DNA of 64,000 nt from Aeromicrobium sp. Lineage in GTDB: Bacteria > Actinomycetota > Actinomycetes > Propionibacteriales > Nocardioidaceae. The position numbers and the translations under genes are program-made. The notes beneath the pieces are model-generated. The model was not told the origin of the DNA and made no database searches. It saw only the letters and a program-made list of their open reading frames with translations. The stretch is taken from contig NZ_JBAVDI010000010.1 in NCBI RefSeq assembly GCF_049587115.1, forward strand, positions 3,136 to 67,135, in the 5' to 3' direction. Below, piece by piece: positions 43,298 to 53,412 of the stretch. Numbering within the stretch: the stretch's first letter is position 1; the number at the start of each line of letters is the position of its first letter.

Positions 43298-44062
43298 TCA
43301 GGACTGCTCGTTCCTCGAAGCTCGCCTCGCCGCGCGATCGCTGAGCTCCTGCTCGTCGAGCTTCGCTGCCTCCGCCAAGGTCGGCGCCGTGCCGCCGTGA
43401 CGCGCGGGCGCCCACCACTGCCCCTCCGGGCTGACGGGATACTCGGTGATCGCCTTGTCCAGCAGGGCGCTCATGGCGTCCCGCAGGAGCATGGTCTCGG
43501 CAACCGGATCGTCTCCTGTGACCTCGAGCGGCTCACCGACGTGCAGTCCAATCGTCCGTCCACGCCGCTTCAGGTCGGGCTCGTGATCCTTGGTCTTGAG
43601 CAGCTGCGTTCCCCAGGTGACCATCGGGATCAGGGGCACGCCCGCCTCGGCCGCCATGCGGACGGCTCCGGTCTTGAGCTCCTTGATCTCGAAAGAGCGG
43701 CTGATCGTTGCCTCGGGGAAGATTCCGACGATCTCGCCATTGCGCGCGTATTCGACCGCCTGGTCGTATGACGCCTGGCCGTGATCGCGATCGACCGAGA
43801 TGTGGTGGAACGACCGCATGATCGGCCCGGAGATCTTGTGCTCGAAGGCATCCCGTTTGGCCATGAATCGCACGAGTCGATTGCTGGGTTGTGCGGCGAG
43901 ACCGTCGAAGATGAAGTCGACGTACCCAATGTGATTGGCCGCAAGGATCGCTCCCCCGGTGCGCGGAATGTGCTCGGTCCCGGACATCTGGAACTTCATC
44001 CCGAATGCCTTGAACAAGGCCTTGGCCGTGATGATCGTGGCCGGATAGGTGTAGTCGCGCAT
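43298..44062 (-). CDS. Lysophospholipid acyltransferase (PlsC family)
   Basis: NHIGYVD, RFMAK, FPEATIS motifs. Confidence 0.92.
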   Translation of the reverse strand: MRDYTYPATIITAKALFKAFGMKFQMSGTEHIPRTGGAILAANHIGYVDFIFDGLAAQPSNRLVRFMAKRDAFEHKISGPIMRSFHHISVDRDHGQASYDQAVEYARNGEIVGIFPEATISRSFEIKELKTGAVRMAAEAGVPLIPMVTWGTQLLKTKDHEPDLKRRGRTIGLHVGEPLEVTGDDPVAETMLLRDAMSALLDKAITEYPVSPEGQWWAPARHGGTAPTLAEAAKLDEQELSDRAARRASRNEQS

Positions 44063-44124
44063 CAGGTCAGACTAGAGCACCCGGGCCGCCCCGCAGCCTG
44101 AGCGAGAGCCGCTCATGCCACCGT

Positions 44125-44517
44125 TCATCCATCCTCGGCCACGATGTGCACCGCGGCCTCCTCGGCGCTGGCGCCCGCTCCGTCGATACCGACGTCATCG
44201 CCCACGAGGTCTTTCTCCGTGTCGTCGCCGCTGCCCTCGTCCGGGTCGACCAGGCGCCCGGCCCGGGTCGACCCGACCTCGCCGTCGTCGAGGTCCTCGC
44301 CCTGCTCGGCGTACGGGTCGACATCCGGCTCCTCCTGCCGCATGCGCTCGTCGATCGACTCACCCTGCAGGGCTTCGTCGGCGGTCGTGCCGAATCCCTC
44401 GCCGCGGTAGCTCTCCGGCGGCGAGTAGCTCGTGTCCATCATCTCGTCGACATCCTCGACCAGGGCCTCCTGGTCCGGGTAGTCGTCGCCACTCACGTCA
44501 TCAGGTGTCTGCGTCAT
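44125..44517 (-). CDS. DUF5709-like acidic protein
   Basis: RAGRLVDPDEG...DVGIDGAGASAEEAAVH signature; ATG 44517. Confidence 0.85.
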   Translation of the reverse strand: MTQTPDDVSGDDYPDQEALVEDVDEMMDTSYSPPESYRGEGFGTTADEALQGESIDERMRQEEPDVDPYAEQGEDLDDGEVGSTRAGRLVDPDEGSGDDTEKDLVGDDVGIDGAGASAEEAAVHIVAEDG

Positions 44518-44578
44518 GAACCCAGCCTTGCACGCCAGACCGAGAGCGCGACCTCTCGCGAGATGACCGACCTGATTC

Positions 44579-45010
44579 TCACCGCCACTCCCGGATCGTG
44601 AGCTCCATGACGAGCGCGTCGACACCGCCGGGATAGTAGGCAGTGCGGGTGCTGATCGTGTCGAAGCCGGATGCCTCGTACAGCGCGATCGCGACCCCGT
44701 TGTCGGCCGCGACCTCCAGCAGCATGCGTCCTGCACCAACGTCCCGGGCACGATCCACCAGGCCGGTGAGCAGTCCGCTCCCCAGGCCCCGCCCTCGCGA
44801 CGTGGTGAGCACGGCGATCCGGTCGAGATCGGCGGTCTCACCGGCCAGCGAGATCGCGCCGTACCCGTCCCGGTCCTCGGTGACCAGAACGATGTGTCGA
44901 TCGCTGCTGAGCTCGGCGGCGACGAGGCCAGAGCTCCACCCCTCGGGCCCGAAGCAGTCCAGCTCGATCGCCACGATCGCGTCGAGATCGGCCGTGGTGG
45001 CGGTGATCAT
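44579..45010 (-). CDS. rimI: RimI-like GNAT acetyltransferase
   Basis: RGRGLG, LEVAADN, LYEASGF, YYPGGVDALVM; directly after tsaB. Confidence 0.85.
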   Translation of the reverse strand: MITATTADLDAIVAIELDCFGPEGWSSGLVAAELSSDRHIVLVTEDRDGYGAISLAGETADLDRIAVLTTSRGRGLGSGLLTGLVDRARDVGAGRMLLEVAADNGVAIALYEASGFDTISTRTAYYPGGVDALVMELTIREWR

Positions 45011-45642
45011 GTGCGCTTGGGGAACACCTGCGGGACGGCGTCCGGCCGGCGGAGGTACAGCGGCTCGAGCGGGAGCTCCCGCACGGAGCCGGCAATCACG
45101 ATCCGGGCGAGGGCCACTGCGTGCGGATCGCTCGCGTCACCGGCCGGACGCAGGACGTCCGGATAGAGCTGGCCGCCCCGGCCGTAGGTCGGGAGGGCGG
45201 GGTGCTGGCGGGCGAGATCGGCGGGGGTCGCGACGTGTGGACCGTCCAGACGGACGTGATCTGCGCCGTAGCGGGCCCAGTAGACCTCCTTGCGGCGCGC
45301 ATCGGTCGCCACCAGGAACTCTCCTTCGATCTGGACGTCGGCGGCAAGGATGTCCAGCGAGCACACGCCGTGGGTCGTCAGACCAAGGGTCGAACCGAGG
45401 GTCAGTGCCGTGACGACACCCACCCGCAGGCCCGTGAACGGCCCCGGGCCCACCCCGACAGCGACGTCGGTCAGGTCAGCCATCGTCATGCCGGCCTGGG
45501 CGACGGCGTCGCGGATGGCCGGCGCGAGCAGCTCGCCGTGCGCCATGGTCCCCTCGCCGGCGGCCTGGCCCACGACGCGCGAGCCGTCGTGGACGGCGAC
45601 GGTGATGACCGGGGTGGCGGTGTCGAACGCGAGCAGAAGCAC
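45007..45642 (-). CDS. tsaB: t6A biosynthesis protein TsaB
   Basis: FDTAT, HGELLAP, GPGPFTGLRVG, DARRKEVY, PLYLRRPDA. Confidence 0.96.
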   Translation of the reverse strand: MLLLAFDTATPVITVAVHDGSRVVGQAAGEGTMAHGELLAPAIRDAVAQAGMTMADLTDVAVGVGPGPFTGLRVGVVTALTLGSTLGLTTHGVCSLDILAADVQIEGEFLVATDARRKEVYWARYGADHVRLDGPHVATPADLARQHPALPTYGRGGQLYPDVLRPAGDASDPHAVALARIVIAGSVRELPLEPLYLRRPDAVPQVFPKRT

Positions 45643-45651
45643 GTCAGCACC

Positions 45652-46653
45652 CTAACGCTGCGAAGGAGCGTGCGGGGAGGTGGCGAGGAGGGTCGAACGC
45701 AGCGGAACTCCGACCCAGCGAGGGCCGTGCGGCTTGACCGTGACGACGCGCGGCTCGGCCTCGTCGACGAGGTCACCTTCGTGCGAGGTTCCGAGCGGGT
45801 CGATGGGTCGTGCACCGCGAACCTCGATGCGGATGTGCAGCCAGCTTTCAGCGAGCTGCTCGGCCATCCCATCACCCCACTCCACGACCGTCACGGCCTC
45901 GTCGGTCGTGGCGTCGAGGTCGACGTCGTCGAGCTCGGCCGCATTGCCCAACCGGTAGGCGTCGACGTGGACCAGTGGCACTCCCTCGACCAGCGATGGA
46001 TGGCTGCGTGCGATGACGAAGGTCGGCGACGTGATCGGACCGCGAACTCCCATGGCCTCGCCGAGGCCCTGCGTGAACGTCGTCTTGCCGGCGCCGAGAT
46101 CGCCCGACAGTACCAGCAGGTCACCGGCGCGCAGCAAGGTCGCAAGGCTGGCCGCCAGCGCGTGCATCTCGTCGGGGGTCGGCACCTCACGGGCCAACCA
46201 CAACGTCTTCCCGAACTCGATGAACGGCTCGTCCCGTCCGACCGGGTGATAGAGCCTCCGCGACCAGAACTGAATGGTCTCGGGCAGCTCCTCGCGCACG
46301 TCGAGCCAGATACCGTCCTTGCCCCGCTCCTCGGCGGTGTCCTCAGCGACACCCAGCATCGCGGACGCGACCCCGCGAGCCTGGATGTCCGGGTCGACGC
46401 AGACCCGCCGCAGACCCAGCTGGCCCGGACGCGACTCGTCGAACAGCATCGCGCCCATCGGCAGTCCACGCCGCTCGACCAGCAGGCCACCGGCGCTCGC
46501 GAGCTGGCGCGCCACGGAATCAACGGTCTCGTCGAGCGCCGTGGACCGGGGCTCGAGCTTGGGCCGGGCACCGAACGAGCGGTGGATGATGTCGACGATG
46601 ACGCCGGCGTGCTCGGGCTGGGCGTCGATGACATTCAGCGCGTTGCCGGTCAT
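45652..46653 (-). CDS. tsaE: GNAT-TsaE fusion (t6A ATPase TsaE with N-terminal acetyltransferase domain)
   Basis: C-terminal half GDLGAGKTTF, SPTF, HVDAYRL, VEWG; N-terminal half RVCVDPDIQARGVA; ATGA overlap at 46650-46653. Confidence 0.9.
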   Translation of the reverse strand: MTGNALNVIDAQPEHAGVIVDIIHRSFGARPKLEPRSTALDETVDSVARQLASAGGLLVERRGLPMGAMLFDESRPGQLGLRRVCVDPDIQARGVASAMLGVAEDTAEERGKDGIWLDVREELPETIQFWSRRLYHPVGRDEPFIEFGKTLWLAREVPTPDEMHALAASLATLLRAGDLLVLSGDLGAGKTTFTQGLGEAMGVRGPITSPTFVIARSHPSLVEGVPLVHVDAYRLGNAAELDDVDLDATTDEAVTVVEWGDGMAEQLAESWLHIRIEVRGARPIDPLGTSHEGDLVDEAEPRVVTVKPHGPRWVGVPLRSTLLATSPHAPSQR

Positions 46654-47636
46654 GTGATCGCCCCCAGGATGTCCTGGATGATCTCGGTGACCCTCTGGTG
46701 CTCCTCGAACATCACCATGTGACCGACGTCGTCCAGCACCACGAGCTTGGCGTCCGGGATCAGATCGGCCAGCCGCCGGCTGTGCTTGACCGGCGTCATC
46801 ATGTCGGCCGTGCCACCCACCACCACCGTGCGTGCCCGGCCCAGTGCGTCCAGGCCTGCCGTCAGGTCCAGCGACATGAAGTTGGGATAGAAGTCCATCA
46901 GCACGTGGGTCGGCGCCTTGAGAATCATCTCGTTGGTCATGTCGACGTGGCGTTCCTGCGCGTGCGGTCCCAGGCCCCAACGCCGAACGACGGAATAGCT
47001 GTTGAAGGCTCGCCCCCAGTCCAGCGCCGGCGCGGCGATCCTGAGCAGCGGGATCAGGTGGCGCAGGCCCGGGCTGCTGCGCATCAACCGTCCTGCGCTG
47101 GTCCCGATCAGCACGACTCCCCTGACCCGATCGCCGAACAGATCGGGTTCAGTCGACGCGAGCTGCATGATCGTCATGCCGCCCATCGAATGTCCGACCA
47201 GCACGATCGGGCCGTCGGGAACGAGCTGACCGAGCACGTCACGCAGGTCGTCCGCGAGGTGCGCGAACGACGAGGTCGCCCGGGAGGAACGTCCCGACCG
47301 GCCGTGCGAACGGAGGTCGACGAAGACCATGCGCACCGACCCCCTGAGCGCGAGTCGCTGGTAGTGCCACACGTCGATCGACTCGAGCCAGCCGTGCACG
47401 AACACGACCGTCGGCGCCGCGGGATCGACCTCCTCCATCTCGTCGATCTCGGCGTTGAGAACGACACCGTCAGAGGCGGTGATCCGCTGGCGGTCGCTGT
47501 GCACCGAACCGAAGGCGACATCCTCGCCACGTCGCCGCTGCCGCTGCCGCCGCTGCCGGCCGTTGAACAGAGTCGCCACCGCGCCGGCCGCCACGAAGGC
47601 GCCCGCGGTCGTCGCGATCTTGGCTGTGCGGCTCAT
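46650..47636 (-). CDS. Alpha/beta hydrolase
   Basis: HGW, GHSMGG, GHM; conserved position between alr and tsaE. Confidence 0.9.
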   Translation of the reverse strand: MSRTAKIATTAGAFVAAGAVATLFNGRQRRQRQRRRGEDVAFGSVHSDRQRITASDGVVLNAEIDEMEEVDPAAPTVVFVHGWLESIDVWHYQRLALRGSVRMVFVDLRSHGRSGRSSRATSSFAHLADDLRDVLGQLVPDGPIVLVGHSMGGMTIMQLASTEPDLFGDRVRGVVLIGTSAGRLMRSSPGLRHLIPLLRIAAPALDWGRAFNSYSVVRRWGLGPHAQERHVDMTNEMILKAPTHVLMDFYPNFMSLDLTAGLDALGRARTVVVGGTADMMTPVKHSRRLADLIPDAKLVVLDDVGHMVMFEEHQRVTEIIQDILGAIT

Positions 47637-48754
47637 TTGGCTCCTCGATAGGTACGGTGAATGCGGCCACCCAGGCGCGTCACGACCTCGTAGGCAATGG
47701 TGCCTGCCGCGATCGCCCAGTCCTCGGCGAGGGGCTCACCATCAGTGCCCGGGCCGAACAGGGTCACGATGTCGCCCCGGTTCGCGGTCGCGTCGCCGAG
47801 GTCGATGACGAACTGGTCCATGCACACCACCCCGCGCATCGGTGCACGACCACCTGCGAAGCCGACCTCGGCACGGTTGGAGGCAGTACGGGCGATCCCT
47901 TCGCCGTAGCCCAGCGGCACCAGACCCAGCGTCGTCTCCCGCTCGGCAATCCAGGTGTGCCCGTACGAAACCCCAGCTCCTGCAGGCACCCGCTTGACCG
48001 CGGCGAGCCGGCCACGCAACGTCATGACCGGCGTGAGGCTGGTCGGGTAGCTCAGCCCGGGGTCAGGACGGATGCCGTACGCCGCGATACCGACTCTCAC
48101 CAGATCGAGGTGCGCCGAGGGTCGGACGAGGGTGGCGGCAGAGTTGCTGAGATGGCGAAGAGCCGGTTCGACCCCAGCGTCCGCCAGCTCCGCCACGGCT
48201 GCCGCGAACGCCGACTCCTGGGCCTCATTGGCCGGGTGACCCGGCTGGTCTGCGGCGGCGAAGTGCGACCACACCCCGGTGATCTCAGCATGGCCGGCCG
48301 ACTGTGCCGCTGCGGCAGCAACCGCAAGCCTGCTCCACTGCTCACCGAAGGCGCCGTTGCGCGAGAGACCGGTGTCGACCTTGACCTGTACCCGGGGGCG
48401 CACCGAGGTGGGCGCCGAGAGGATCTCGGCCAGCTGTTCCGTCGAGGACGCGGTCACCTCGATACCGGCGTCGACTGCCGCTGCGAAGTCCGCCCCCGGC
48501 GCCGCGAGCCAGCACAGCACGTCACCGCTGTCACCCGCGCGTCGCAGCGCCAGCGCCTCGTCGATCGTGGCGACCCCGAGCCACGCCGACCCGGCCTGCC
48601 GGGCCGCCCGCGCCATCGGCAGCATCCCGTGCCCATACGCGTTGGCCTTGACGACCGTCATGAGCGCTGATCCGGGAGCGCACCCTCCCAGCGCCATGAT
48701 GTTGGTCCCGAACGCTTCGAGGTCGATGACCGCCTCGGCCTGTGGTGCCGTCAT
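47633..48754 (-). CDS. alr: Alanine racemase
   Basis: VVKANAYGHG, KVDTGLSR, SNSA, VSYG, CMDQ, GTIAYE. Confidence 0.97.
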   Translation of the reverse strand: MTAPQAEAVIDLEAFGTNIMALGGCAPGSALMTVVKANAYGHGMLPMARAARQAGSAWLGVATIDEALALRRAGDSGDVLCWLAAPGADFAAAVDAGIEVTASSTEQLAEILSAPTSVRPRVQVKVDTGLSRNGAFGEQWSRLAVAAAAAQSAGHAEITGVWSHFAAADQPGHPANEAQESAFAAAVAELADAGVEPALRHLSNSAATLVRPSAHLDLVRVGIAAYGIRPDPGLSYPTSLTPVMTLRGRLAAVKRVPAGAGVSYGHTWIAERETTLGLVPLGYGEGIARTASNRAEVGFAGGRAPMRGVVCMDQFVIDLGDATANRGDIVTLFGPGTDGEPLAEDWAIAAGTIAYEVVTRLGGRIHRTYRGAK

Positions 48755-50148
48755 GCGAGGCTCCCGCGGATGAAGGCGGCGACCGCGGCCGGCAGCTCCA
48801 GAGCGACGTCCGTCGCCACGATCGGGCCGCCTGGATTGGCACGCTCCGCAGCGACCCCGTGCAGATATGCCGCGACTGCGCCCGCGTCGAGCGGTTCGAG
48901 GCCCGCGGCCAGCAGGGATCCGGCGAAGCCGGCCAGGACGTCGCCGGCTCCAGCCGTGGCGAGCCATGGCGTTCCGCTCAGGTTGACCCGGGTCGGTGCG
49001 CCAGCCTGCGCGATCAGGCTCCGTCGACCCTTCAGCAGCACCGTCGCATTCCACCGCTCGGCCGCTGCCGAGGCGTGGCCGAGTGGATCCGCCTCGACCG
49101 CCTCGCGCGTCGTACCGAGCATCTGAGCGAGCTCGCCGGCGTGCGGGGTCAGCAGAGCTGGCACGTCGAATCGGCCGGGCAGGTGCTGCAGGGCGCTCGC
49201 GTCGACCACGACCGGGACGCCATCCTCCAGCGCCATCGCCAGCTGATCGGCCGCGTCGTCACCGCTGCCCGGCCCGATCACCCACGCCTGCACACGGCCG
49301 CGTCCCGCGACGACCTCGGGCGTGCGGTCGACGATCCGGCGGCCCAGCTCGGGCGTGCCGACGAACCGGATCATCCCGACCGGTCCGGCCTGGGCGCCGG
49401 CCACACAGAGGTGTGCCGCGCCGGCATACTGCTCGGATCCGGCCGCGATTCCCAGGACCCCGCGGGTGTACTTGTGGGCAACCCCACCCGGCACGACCGA
49501 CCTGAGCAGCTCGCCGTCGCTCGACTCCAGCGCTTCCAGCGCAGGGGCAGGCAGGTGCGTTGCCAGCCCGATGTCGACCAGGGACGAGGGTCCGGCGACG
49601 GCCGCCGCAGGGTCGACGAGCAGCGCGACCTTTCGCGTTCCGAAGGTGACGGTCCGGTCTGCCACCACATGCGACATGGGGAGTGTCGCGCCGTCGACGT
49701 CGACGCCGGACGGGACGTCGACGGCGATCGTGAACGGCCGCCGTTCTGCCAGCCAGGAGGCCCACTCAGCCGCTCGACCGGTCAGTCCGCCGCGACCGCC
49801 GATGCCGAACACCGCATCGACGCACCACCGCTGGTCGCTCGGCCCGTCGACGACCTGCGCGCCCGCGCCTGTGGCGGCGGCGAGGCCGGGCGCGTGTACC
49901 GCGTCGGCGTCGAGCAGGCTCATGTCGACCCGTACGCCGCGATCCAACAGGTGCACGGCCGCGTACATCGCGTCACCGCCGTTGTTGCCCGGACCGATCA
50001 GCAGCAGAACCAGGTCGCCCGGAGGAATGCAGTCGAGGTGGTCTGCGAGCCCACGAGCCGCGCGTCGCATCAGCTCGCCCGCCGGCAGCGTCGCAGCGAG
50101 AGCTTCCTCGGCGGCGCGGACATCCTCGACGCGGTGAACCCTCAGCAT
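48751..50148 (-). CDS. nnr: Bifunctional NAD(P)HX epimerase/dehydratase
   Basis: GPGNNGGD, VDVPSG, HKYTRG, TPHAGE, ATAGAGDVLAG. Confidence 0.93.
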   Translation of the reverse strand: MLRVHRVEDVRAAEEALAATLPAGELMRRAARGLADHLDCIPPGDLVLLLIGPGNNGGDAMYAAVHLLDRGVRVDMSLLDADAVHAPGLAAATGAGAQVVDGPSDQRWCVDAVFGIGGRGGLTGRAAEWASWLAERRPFTIAVDVPSGVDVDGATLPMSHVVADRTVTFGTRKVALLVDPAAAVAGPSSLVDIGLATHLPAPALEALESSDGELLRSVVPGGVAHKYTRGVLGIAAGSEQYAGAAHLCVAGAQAGPVGMIRFVGTPELGRRIVDRTPEVVAGRGRVQAWVIGPGSGDDAADQLAMALEDGVPVVVDASALQHLPGRFDVPALLTPHAGELAQMLGTTREAVEADPLGHASAAAERWNATVLLKGRRSLIAQAGAPTRVNLSGTPWLATAGAGDVLAGFAGSLLAAGLEPLDAGAVAAYLHGVAAERANPGGPIVATDVALELPAAVAAFIRGSLA

Positions 50149-50495
50149 TCGGCCACCACGAATGCCGTGGCCACGCTGGTGTCGTGCGAGATCGACACGT
50201 GAGCCGTCGTGATGCCCAGCTCGGTGGCGCGGTCCAGGGCGGCTCCGTGGAGCCGGAACTCCGGAGCACCCTGGGGCCCGTTGACGATCTCGATGTCCTG
50301 CCACGACATGCCCGCCGGCGCCCGCAGAGCCTTGACGAACGCCTCCTTGGCGGCGAACCGTCCGGCGAGGGACTCCACGGGTAGATCAGCCTCCGCCGTG
50401 GTGAAGAGCCGGCTGCGCATCGTCGGTGTGCGCTCCAGCGTCGCGGTGAAGCGGGCGAGGTCCACGACGTCGACCCCGATTCCCAGGATGGCCAT
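50142..50495 (-). CDS. acpS: Holo-ACP synthase
   Basis: GIGVDVV, GRFAAKEAFVKAL, SISHD. Confidence 0.95.
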   Translation of the reverse strand: MAILGIGVDVVDLARFTATLERTPTMRSRLFTTAEADLPVESLAGRFAAKEAFVKALRAPAGMSWQDIEIVNGPQGAPEFRLHGAALDRATELGITTAHVSISHDTSVATAFVVAEC

Positions 50496-52339
50496 CACTC
50501 CACCGTGACGGACTTGGCCAGGTTGCGGGGTTGGTCGACATCGTGGCCGAGCTGGCTGGCGAACTCGCAGGCGAAGATCTGCAGCGGGACCACCGCGACC
50601 AGCGGTTGAAGCAGGGTCGGGACCTTGGGCAGCCGGATCAGGTGATCGGCGTACGGCACGACGTCATCATCGCCGTCCTCGGCCAGCACGATCGTCCGGG
50701 CGCCGCGGGCGCGGATCTCCTGCATCGAGCTGACGGTCTTCTCCTGCAGCTGGTCGCGGCCCTTGGGAGGAACCACGACGAAGACCGGCAGCCCCTCCTC
50801 GATCAACGCGATGGGCCCGTGCTTGAGCTCGCCGGCGGCGAAGCCCTCGGCATGGATGTAGGCCAGCTCCTTGAGCTTGAGCGCTCCCTCGAGCGCCACC
50901 GGATAGCCCGCGTGCCGGCCGAGGAACAGGATCGACCGCGAGCCAGACAGCTCGGCAGCCATCTTGCGCACTTGGTCGCCCTCGTCGAGCAGGCGCTGGA
51001 TCGCGGCCGGGATCTTCTCGATCTCGGAGATGATGTCGGCGATCTCGTCGCCGTACTTCGTGCCCTTGACCTGGGCGAGGTACAACGCCAGGAGGTAGCA
51101 CGCGACGATCTGGGCCAGGAACCCCTTGGTCGAGGCGACAGCGATCTCGGGCCCGGCGTGGGTGTAGATCACGGCGTCTGACTCACGTGGGATCGTCGAT
51201 CCGTTGGTGTTGCAGATCGACAGCACCCGCGCCTTCTGCTGGCGCGCGTAACGGACCGCCATCAGGGTGTCCATGGTCTCGCCGGACTGGCTGATCGAGA
51301 CGACCAACGTCGAGCGGTCGATGATCGGGTCGCGATAGCGGAACTCCGAGGCCAGCTCCACCTCACACGGGATGCGGGTCCAGTGCTCGATCGCGTACTT
51401 CGCGACCAGGCCCGCGTACGCCGCCGTGCCGCACGCCACGATGATGATCCGGTCGATCTCGCGCAGCTCGTCGTCGGACAGCCGCATCTCGTCAAGCTGC
51501 AGGCGACCATCGGCCGAGTGCCGACCCAACAGGGTGTCACCGACGGCCTGCGGCTGCTCGGCGATCTCCTTGAGCATGAACCAGTCATAGCCACCCTTCT
51601 CGGCCGCGGAGACGTCCCAGTCAACGTGATACGCGTTGGTGTCAGCCGGTTCGCCGTCGAAGTCGGTGACCACGATGTCGTCCGGCGTGATCGTGACGAC
51701 CTGGTCCTGGCCGAGCTCGATTGCTTCACGCGTGAACTCGATGAACGCCGAGACATCGGATCCGAGGAAGTTCTCCCCATCGCCGCGGCCGACCACCAGT
51801 GGCGAGTTGCGACGGGCACCGACGACGACGTCGGGCTGGCGCGCGTCGCAGATCACCAGGGTGAAAGCGCCCTCGAGACGGCGGCACACCGTGCGGACCG
51901 CATCGGACAGGTCGCCGGTCGTCTCCAGCACGTCGTGCAGAAGGTGAGCCACGATCTCGGTGTCGGTCTCGGACTTCAGCTCGTGGCCGCCTGCCTCGAG
52001 CTCGGCGCGCAGCGTCGCGAAGTTCTCGATGATGCCGTTGTGCACCACGGCGATGCGCCCGGTCTCATCGAGATGCGGATGGGCGTTGCGATCGTTCGGC
52101 GCGCCATGCGTGGCCCACCGGGTGTGCCCGACGCCGGTGTGCGCGACCGGCAGCGGGCGGGCCGCCAGCTCGGCGTCGAGATTGACCAGCTTGCCAGCCT
52201 TCTTGGCTGAGACGATCGCACCTTCGTGCACCAGGGCGACCCCGCCCGAGTCGTATCCGCGGTACTCCAGTCGTCGGAGTCCGCCCATCACGACGTCCAG
52301 GGCTGACCGATGACCGACATATCCGACAATTCCGCACAT
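50495..52339 (-). CDS. glmS: Glutamine--fructose-6-phosphate transaminase
   Basis: MCGIVGY, GHTRWATHG, SQSGET, PRNLAKSVTVE. Confidence 0.98.
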   Translation of the reverse strand: MCGIVGYVGHRSALDVVMGGLRRLEYRGYDSGGVALVHEGAIVSAKKAGKLVNLDAELAARPLPVAHTGVGHTRWATHGAPNDRNAHPHLDETGRIAVVHNGIIENFATLRAELEAGGHELKSETDTEIVAHLLHDVLETTGDLSDAVRTVCRRLEGAFTLVICDARQPDVVVGARRNSPLVVGRGDGENFLGSDVSAFIEFTREAIELGQDQVVTITPDDIVVTDFDGEPADTNAYHVDWDVSAAEKGGYDWFMLKEIAEQPQAVGDTLLGRHSADGRLQLDEMRLSDDELREIDRIIIVACGTAAYAGLVAKYAIEHWTRIPCEVELASEFRYRDPIIDRSTLVVSISQSGETMDTLMAVRYARQQKARVLSICNTNGSTIPRESDAVIYTHAGPEIAVASTKGFLAQIVACYLLALYLAQVKGTKYGDEIADIISEIEKIPAAIQRLLDEGDQVRKMAAELSGSRSILFLGRHAGYPVALEGALKLKELAYIHAEGFAAGELKHGPIALIEEGLPVFVVVPPKGRDQLQEKTVSSMQEIRARGARTIVLAEDGDDDVVPYADHLIRLPKVPTLLQPLVAVVPLQIFACEFASQLGHDVDQPRNLAKSVTVE

Positions 52340-52440
52340 GGGATCAGGGTACTAGCGCCGAAGGCGCGGAAGGTGCGCACTGTGAGCCGTGGAGGGGGCC
52401 GAGTGCATGACCCCGCGGGAGCACGCGGGACAATGGCAGC

Positions 52441-53382
52441 ATGCCGCGCGACCAGTCACCGTATGTCGAGCTCGAGCGCGCTGCGTGGGCGGAGCTGGCA
52501 GGGGACGCCCCCCAGCCGCTCCAACCGGCCGAGATCGAGCGGGTTCGGGGGTTGGGCGACGAGCTGGACCTCGAGGAGGTCCGTCAGGTCTATCTGCCGA
52601 TGACCCAGCTCATCAGCATGCGCGTCCGCCTCGCCGGCGCGCTCTACCAGGCCACCGAGGCTTTTTTGCACGAGCCGCAGACCAGGCGCACGCCGTTCGT
52701 CATCGGCATCGCCGGTTCGGTCGCCGTGGGCAAGTCGACGACGGCCCGGCTGCTCAAGGAGCTGTTGTCACACTCCCCGGAGCATCCTGTCGTCGAGCTG
52801 GTGACGACCGACGGCTTCCTGTTCCCCAACGACGAGCTCGAGCGCCGCGGTCTGCTCGAGCGCAAGGGATTCCCCGAGTCCTACGACCGCAAGGCCCTGC
52901 TGCGCTTCGTCATGGAGGTCAAGTCCGGCGTGGAGGTCGTGACGGCGCCGGTCTACTCCCACCTCACATATGACCGCACCGATGCGGTCGTCACGCTCAA
53001 GGAGCCTGACATCGTGATCGTCGAGGGCCTTAACGTGCTCGCGCCAGCCCGACCCCGCGGCGATGGGAGCCCGGGGCTTGCCGTCAGCGATTTCTTCGAC
53101 TTCTCGATCTACGTGGACGCCTCCGGCAAGGATCTGCGCCGCTGGTACATCGACCGGTTCCTCAGCCTGCGCAAGACCGCGTTCGCCGATCCTGAGTCGT
53201 ACTTCCACCGCTACAGTGCCCTCACCGACGACGAAGCCGTCGAGCGGGCCAGCCGCCTGTGGGACACCATCAACTGGCCCAACCTCAGGGAGAACATCGC
53301 CACGACCCGTGGCCGCGCCTCGCTGGTTCTGCGCAAGGGCGCCGACCACTCGGTCGACTGGGTCCGCCTCCGCAAGCTCTGA
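52441..53382 (+). CDS. coaA: Type I pantothenate kinase
   Basis: [35 protein letters not shown]. Confidence 0.97.
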   Translation: MPRDQSPYVELERAAWAELAGDAPQPLQPAEIERVRGLGDELDLEEVRQVYLPMTQLISMRVRLAGALYQATEAFLHEPQTRRTPFVIGIAGSVAVGKSTTARLLKELLSHSPEHPVVELVTTDGFLFPNDELERRGLLERKGFPESYDRKALLRFVMEVKSGVEVVTAPVYSHLTYDRTDAVVTLKEPDIVIVEGLNVLAPARPRGDGSPGLAVSDFFDFSIYVDASGKDLRRWYIDRFLSLRKTAFADPESYFHRYSALTDDEAVERASRLWDTINWPNLRENIATTRGRASLVLRKGADHSVDWVRLRKL

Positions 53383-53412
53383 GCCCCGACGTCTCGCGGT
53401 GTCAGGTCCGCA

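Noticed and set aside
52339..52441. glmS ribozyme, or purine/ZTP riboswitches upstream of guaA, guaB and purN-purH
   Set aside because: These genes appear leaderless (a -10 hexamer 6-7 nt from the start), leaving no 5' UTR; no consensus motifs seen.
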